Notes under the pieces: generated by a model | Database searches by the model: none | What the model was told of the DNA's origin: nothing | Seen by the model: only the letters and a program-made list of their open reading frames with translations | Program-made: the position numbers and the translations under genes | Shown: piece after piece, positions 61,831-64,000 of the stretch | Layout: each line of letters begins with the position of its first letter | How positions within the stretch are numbered: position 1 is the first letter of the stretch | Origin: Schizochytrium sp. TIO01 | Taxonomy: Eukaryota; Protista; Bigyra: Labyrinthulomycetes | Length of the DNA stretch: 64,000 bases | Reading direction: 5' to 3' | Assembly: GCA_004764695.1 (NCBI GenBank) | Contig: SMSO01000035.1 | Span: forward strand, 2,294,001-2,358,000

Positions 61831-62739
61831 TCACGAAACGGGAGTATTCGGGTGTACAGCAGTTTTTGGAGAAGTAGTTTGGCCGGGACTAATAGATGAG
61901 TTTGGACTTTTGCTATTACCATTGTTGCCATACATTTGCTGTTGTGGAGGAGTCATGGTTACAAACCATCCCCACTGCGGTGAAGGCGCTTCATCCCCAC
62001 TGGAACCAGATGCATCGGCATCGCCGCAGAAAATCTTATGTTCCTGTTCCTCCTCACATAAAGAGCTTTGCCGAGCTGCCGTCACAGACTCAAACTCGTC
62101 TGAAAGCTCTCGAGTCAGAGGTGCTGGCCGAGGTGGTATATTTTCATCAACATGCTTTGACTCCAATACACTGTCACCCTGAGAATTGTCTATTTGTTGG
62201 CTTACATTTTCTCCATGCTGCTGGTGTTGTTCCATATTCTCGGGTTTTCTTGCAGGTGAATACTTGCTTTCTTCGTTCGATGCTTTCTGTGATACAACAG
62301 CAGTTGCGCCATCTTCTTTTCCACTAGCTTCACTAGTCTCACTCTTGTCTTCCCTGACAGTCACCTCTTCTGAGGTGCTTTCATCAGACAGTTCTTGTAC
62401 TCCACTGGTAGCTCTTGAGCATTCACCATCCTGTGGTTTATCTGTGCCAGAGTCATCCATGAATTGTGCGAGCTTCCCTCCCCGTTCATCACCCCATGTA
62501 ATACTCTTAGTCGCCTCCTTTTTCTTGGCTTTCGCCTTGATTGATCCAGCATTTTGTTGGTGATCTTGGTGCTCTGTTGAAGAATCCTGTGAATTTCTTG
62601 ACTTGTCGTCTTTGTCAGGATTTTTCTCTGAGACTGTTGCAAAGGAATACGCTGCTGCAGCTGCTGCCACCGTTGCTGTCACGAGAGGATGCTCGCGTAC
62701 CCATTTCAGGGTTACTAAGTCGCCCACCGCCTGGAACAT
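61831..62739 (-). CDS. Uncharacterised mostly disordered protein with an N-terminal hydrophobic anchor, RVxF-like KSITW and an SPQWGWFV motif
   Basis: 302-aa ORF from ATG 62739 with coding-like composition. Confidence 0.7.
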   Translation of the reverse strand: MFQAVGDLVTLKWVREHPLVTATVAAAAAAYSFATVSEKNPDKDDKSRNSQDSSTEHQDHQQNAGSIKAKAKKKEATKSITWGDERGGKLAQFMDDSGTDKPQDGECSRATSGVQELSDESTSEEVTVREDKSETSEASGKEDGATAVVSQKASNEESKYSPARKPENMEQHQQHGENVSQQIDNSQGDSVLESKHVDENIPPRPAPLTRELSDEFESVTAARQSSLCEEEQEHKIFCGDADASGSSGDEAPSPQWGWFVTMTPPQQQMYGNNGNSKSPNSSISPGQTTSPKTAVHPNTPVS

Positions 62740-63477
62740 GACAGTGTCAATCACTCAAGAGGCGCACAGCATCCACTAAAAATGCCGCCACTCTTTAAAA
62801 TAATTATCCCGGTCTTCACCGCGCGACTACACGCTTGAAGAATTCCAATCAAACTCGCAAACCGTGTCTCGAAACGAAGGTACTGCTGCTATTCCTTGAC
62901 TCCTCGAACAGGAATTGCAATGCTACGTATCCCTAATATAAACAATAGGCTCTGACTTAGAGGAAGAGGCCAAGCTTCGTTGTGACTGACCGCCTCCCTT
63001 CGAACCCAAGTCTTCGCGATACTTTAGTGAACCACAGACTCCAGACAGTGCAAGCCCCTCCAGACCCCGCAAAGGCACCGACCTCTGTCCACCACAAGAA
63101 CGAAACTTGCCGTGAACCCCCGAGCAGACGCAAGTTCGTCTTGACGCAGGAAGGTGTTCCTGATTGCTGTTTGTTCGCTGCCTATTTCGTTGTTTTTTGT
63201 TTGCATCCCAACTAAGAGTTTATGCTGAGTAGTCCTAGTAGTAGGTACAAACACAATTTCCTTCACTGTTCTTTCTTTCTTTCCTAATTAGAGTAAACCC
63301 TTTTCGTAGTTCTTCCATTTGTCAAAACCAGCACAGAAACATGGGAACTTTCAGAACAAGCTGGCAATAGCGTTCAAGAACGTTTCTTAGCTTGTTAAAG
63401 CCCGTTTTGCCGGTACGTTTACGGTAAACCTACAGAAGAATAAGACTGTGATAGATGGCTTGAAGAATGGGGGGTAT

Positions 63478-63720
63478 ATGAAAACAATTTTGGTTGTTGC
63501 GGTTTTACCGGCTTTGGTGAAAGCTGGTGCAAGTGATTACAAGGGAAAGCTGGGTCAGAAGAGACCATGGACTGGAGGAAGGCGAGATAATGGTATCTTT
63601 TGCGGTGCTGCTCAGGAATGGGAATGTGAGATTGAACAAGAAGCATGGATGAGAAACAATACAATGGATTACCGTCGAAATCAAGGACACTATAAACAGG
63701 GTCAAATTGAGCGGAGATGA
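63478..63720 (+). CDS. Possible small secreted protein or first exon
   Basis: MKTILVVAVLPALVKA looks like a signal peptide; no other support. Confidence 0.2.
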   Translation: MKTILVVAVLPALVKAGASDYKGKLGQKRPWTGGRRDNGIFCGAAQEWECEIEQEAWMRNNTMDYRRNQGHYKQGQIERR

Positions 63721-64000
63721 GGGTTCATCTTGTGAAAGCTAGGAAGAATAATGGTAATTCTAAAATGTGTGAAATTACGCGGACACGTGCCGATGAGCAG
63801 GGCAGACATTCAACGCAGAAGCGTTAGGAAAATCTGAAGTGATGCTGCAGACAATCCCCTGGAAGAGTTGATAGCGAAGCGCGTACCAATGTCATTTGCC
63901 GCAATCGCTGCTCAATTTCTGTCGCAGACTTACTTTACGCAATGGGGTTATGATAGGATGAAGTGTTTATGTGATTTTAAACTAGTGTTTACGCAAGCTT

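Overview
Eukaryotic genomic DNA. The intron-poor genes, short GT-AG introns, AT-rich spacers with microsatellites and a ciliary gene suggest a flagellated stramenopile, most consistent with a thraustochytrid/labyrinthulomycete (taxon inferred only). About 15 conventional protein genes are present: a cytochrome b5/acyl-CoA dehydrogenase fusion, a PPR protein, an atypical AGC-like kinase, PP2C, a sulfotransferase-like protein, a TLC-domain protein, a Ulp/SENP SUMO protease, a mandelate-racemase-family enolase, an MFS transporter, an EF-hand/PIP5K fusion, V-ATPase subunit c'', a hotdog thioesterase, Vms1/ANKZF1, a SPAG8-like ciliary protein and an uncharacterised protein. The main discovery lies in the apparent 22.6 kb gene desert (4587-27251). 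It holds at least four dispersed, diverged, mutually homologous 51-60 aa micro-ORFs at 10193, 12939, 14593 and 17603; three of them fall below the ORF-track cut-off. All four end in the motif R-[PA]-R-[LA]-x-[TH]-x-[DGE]-V-L-P-x-[YF]-[VQ]. In most copies this couples a basophilic AGC-kinase site (RxRxxT) to a WW-binding LPxY motif. The next gene downstream of the cluster is an atypical AGC-like kinase.
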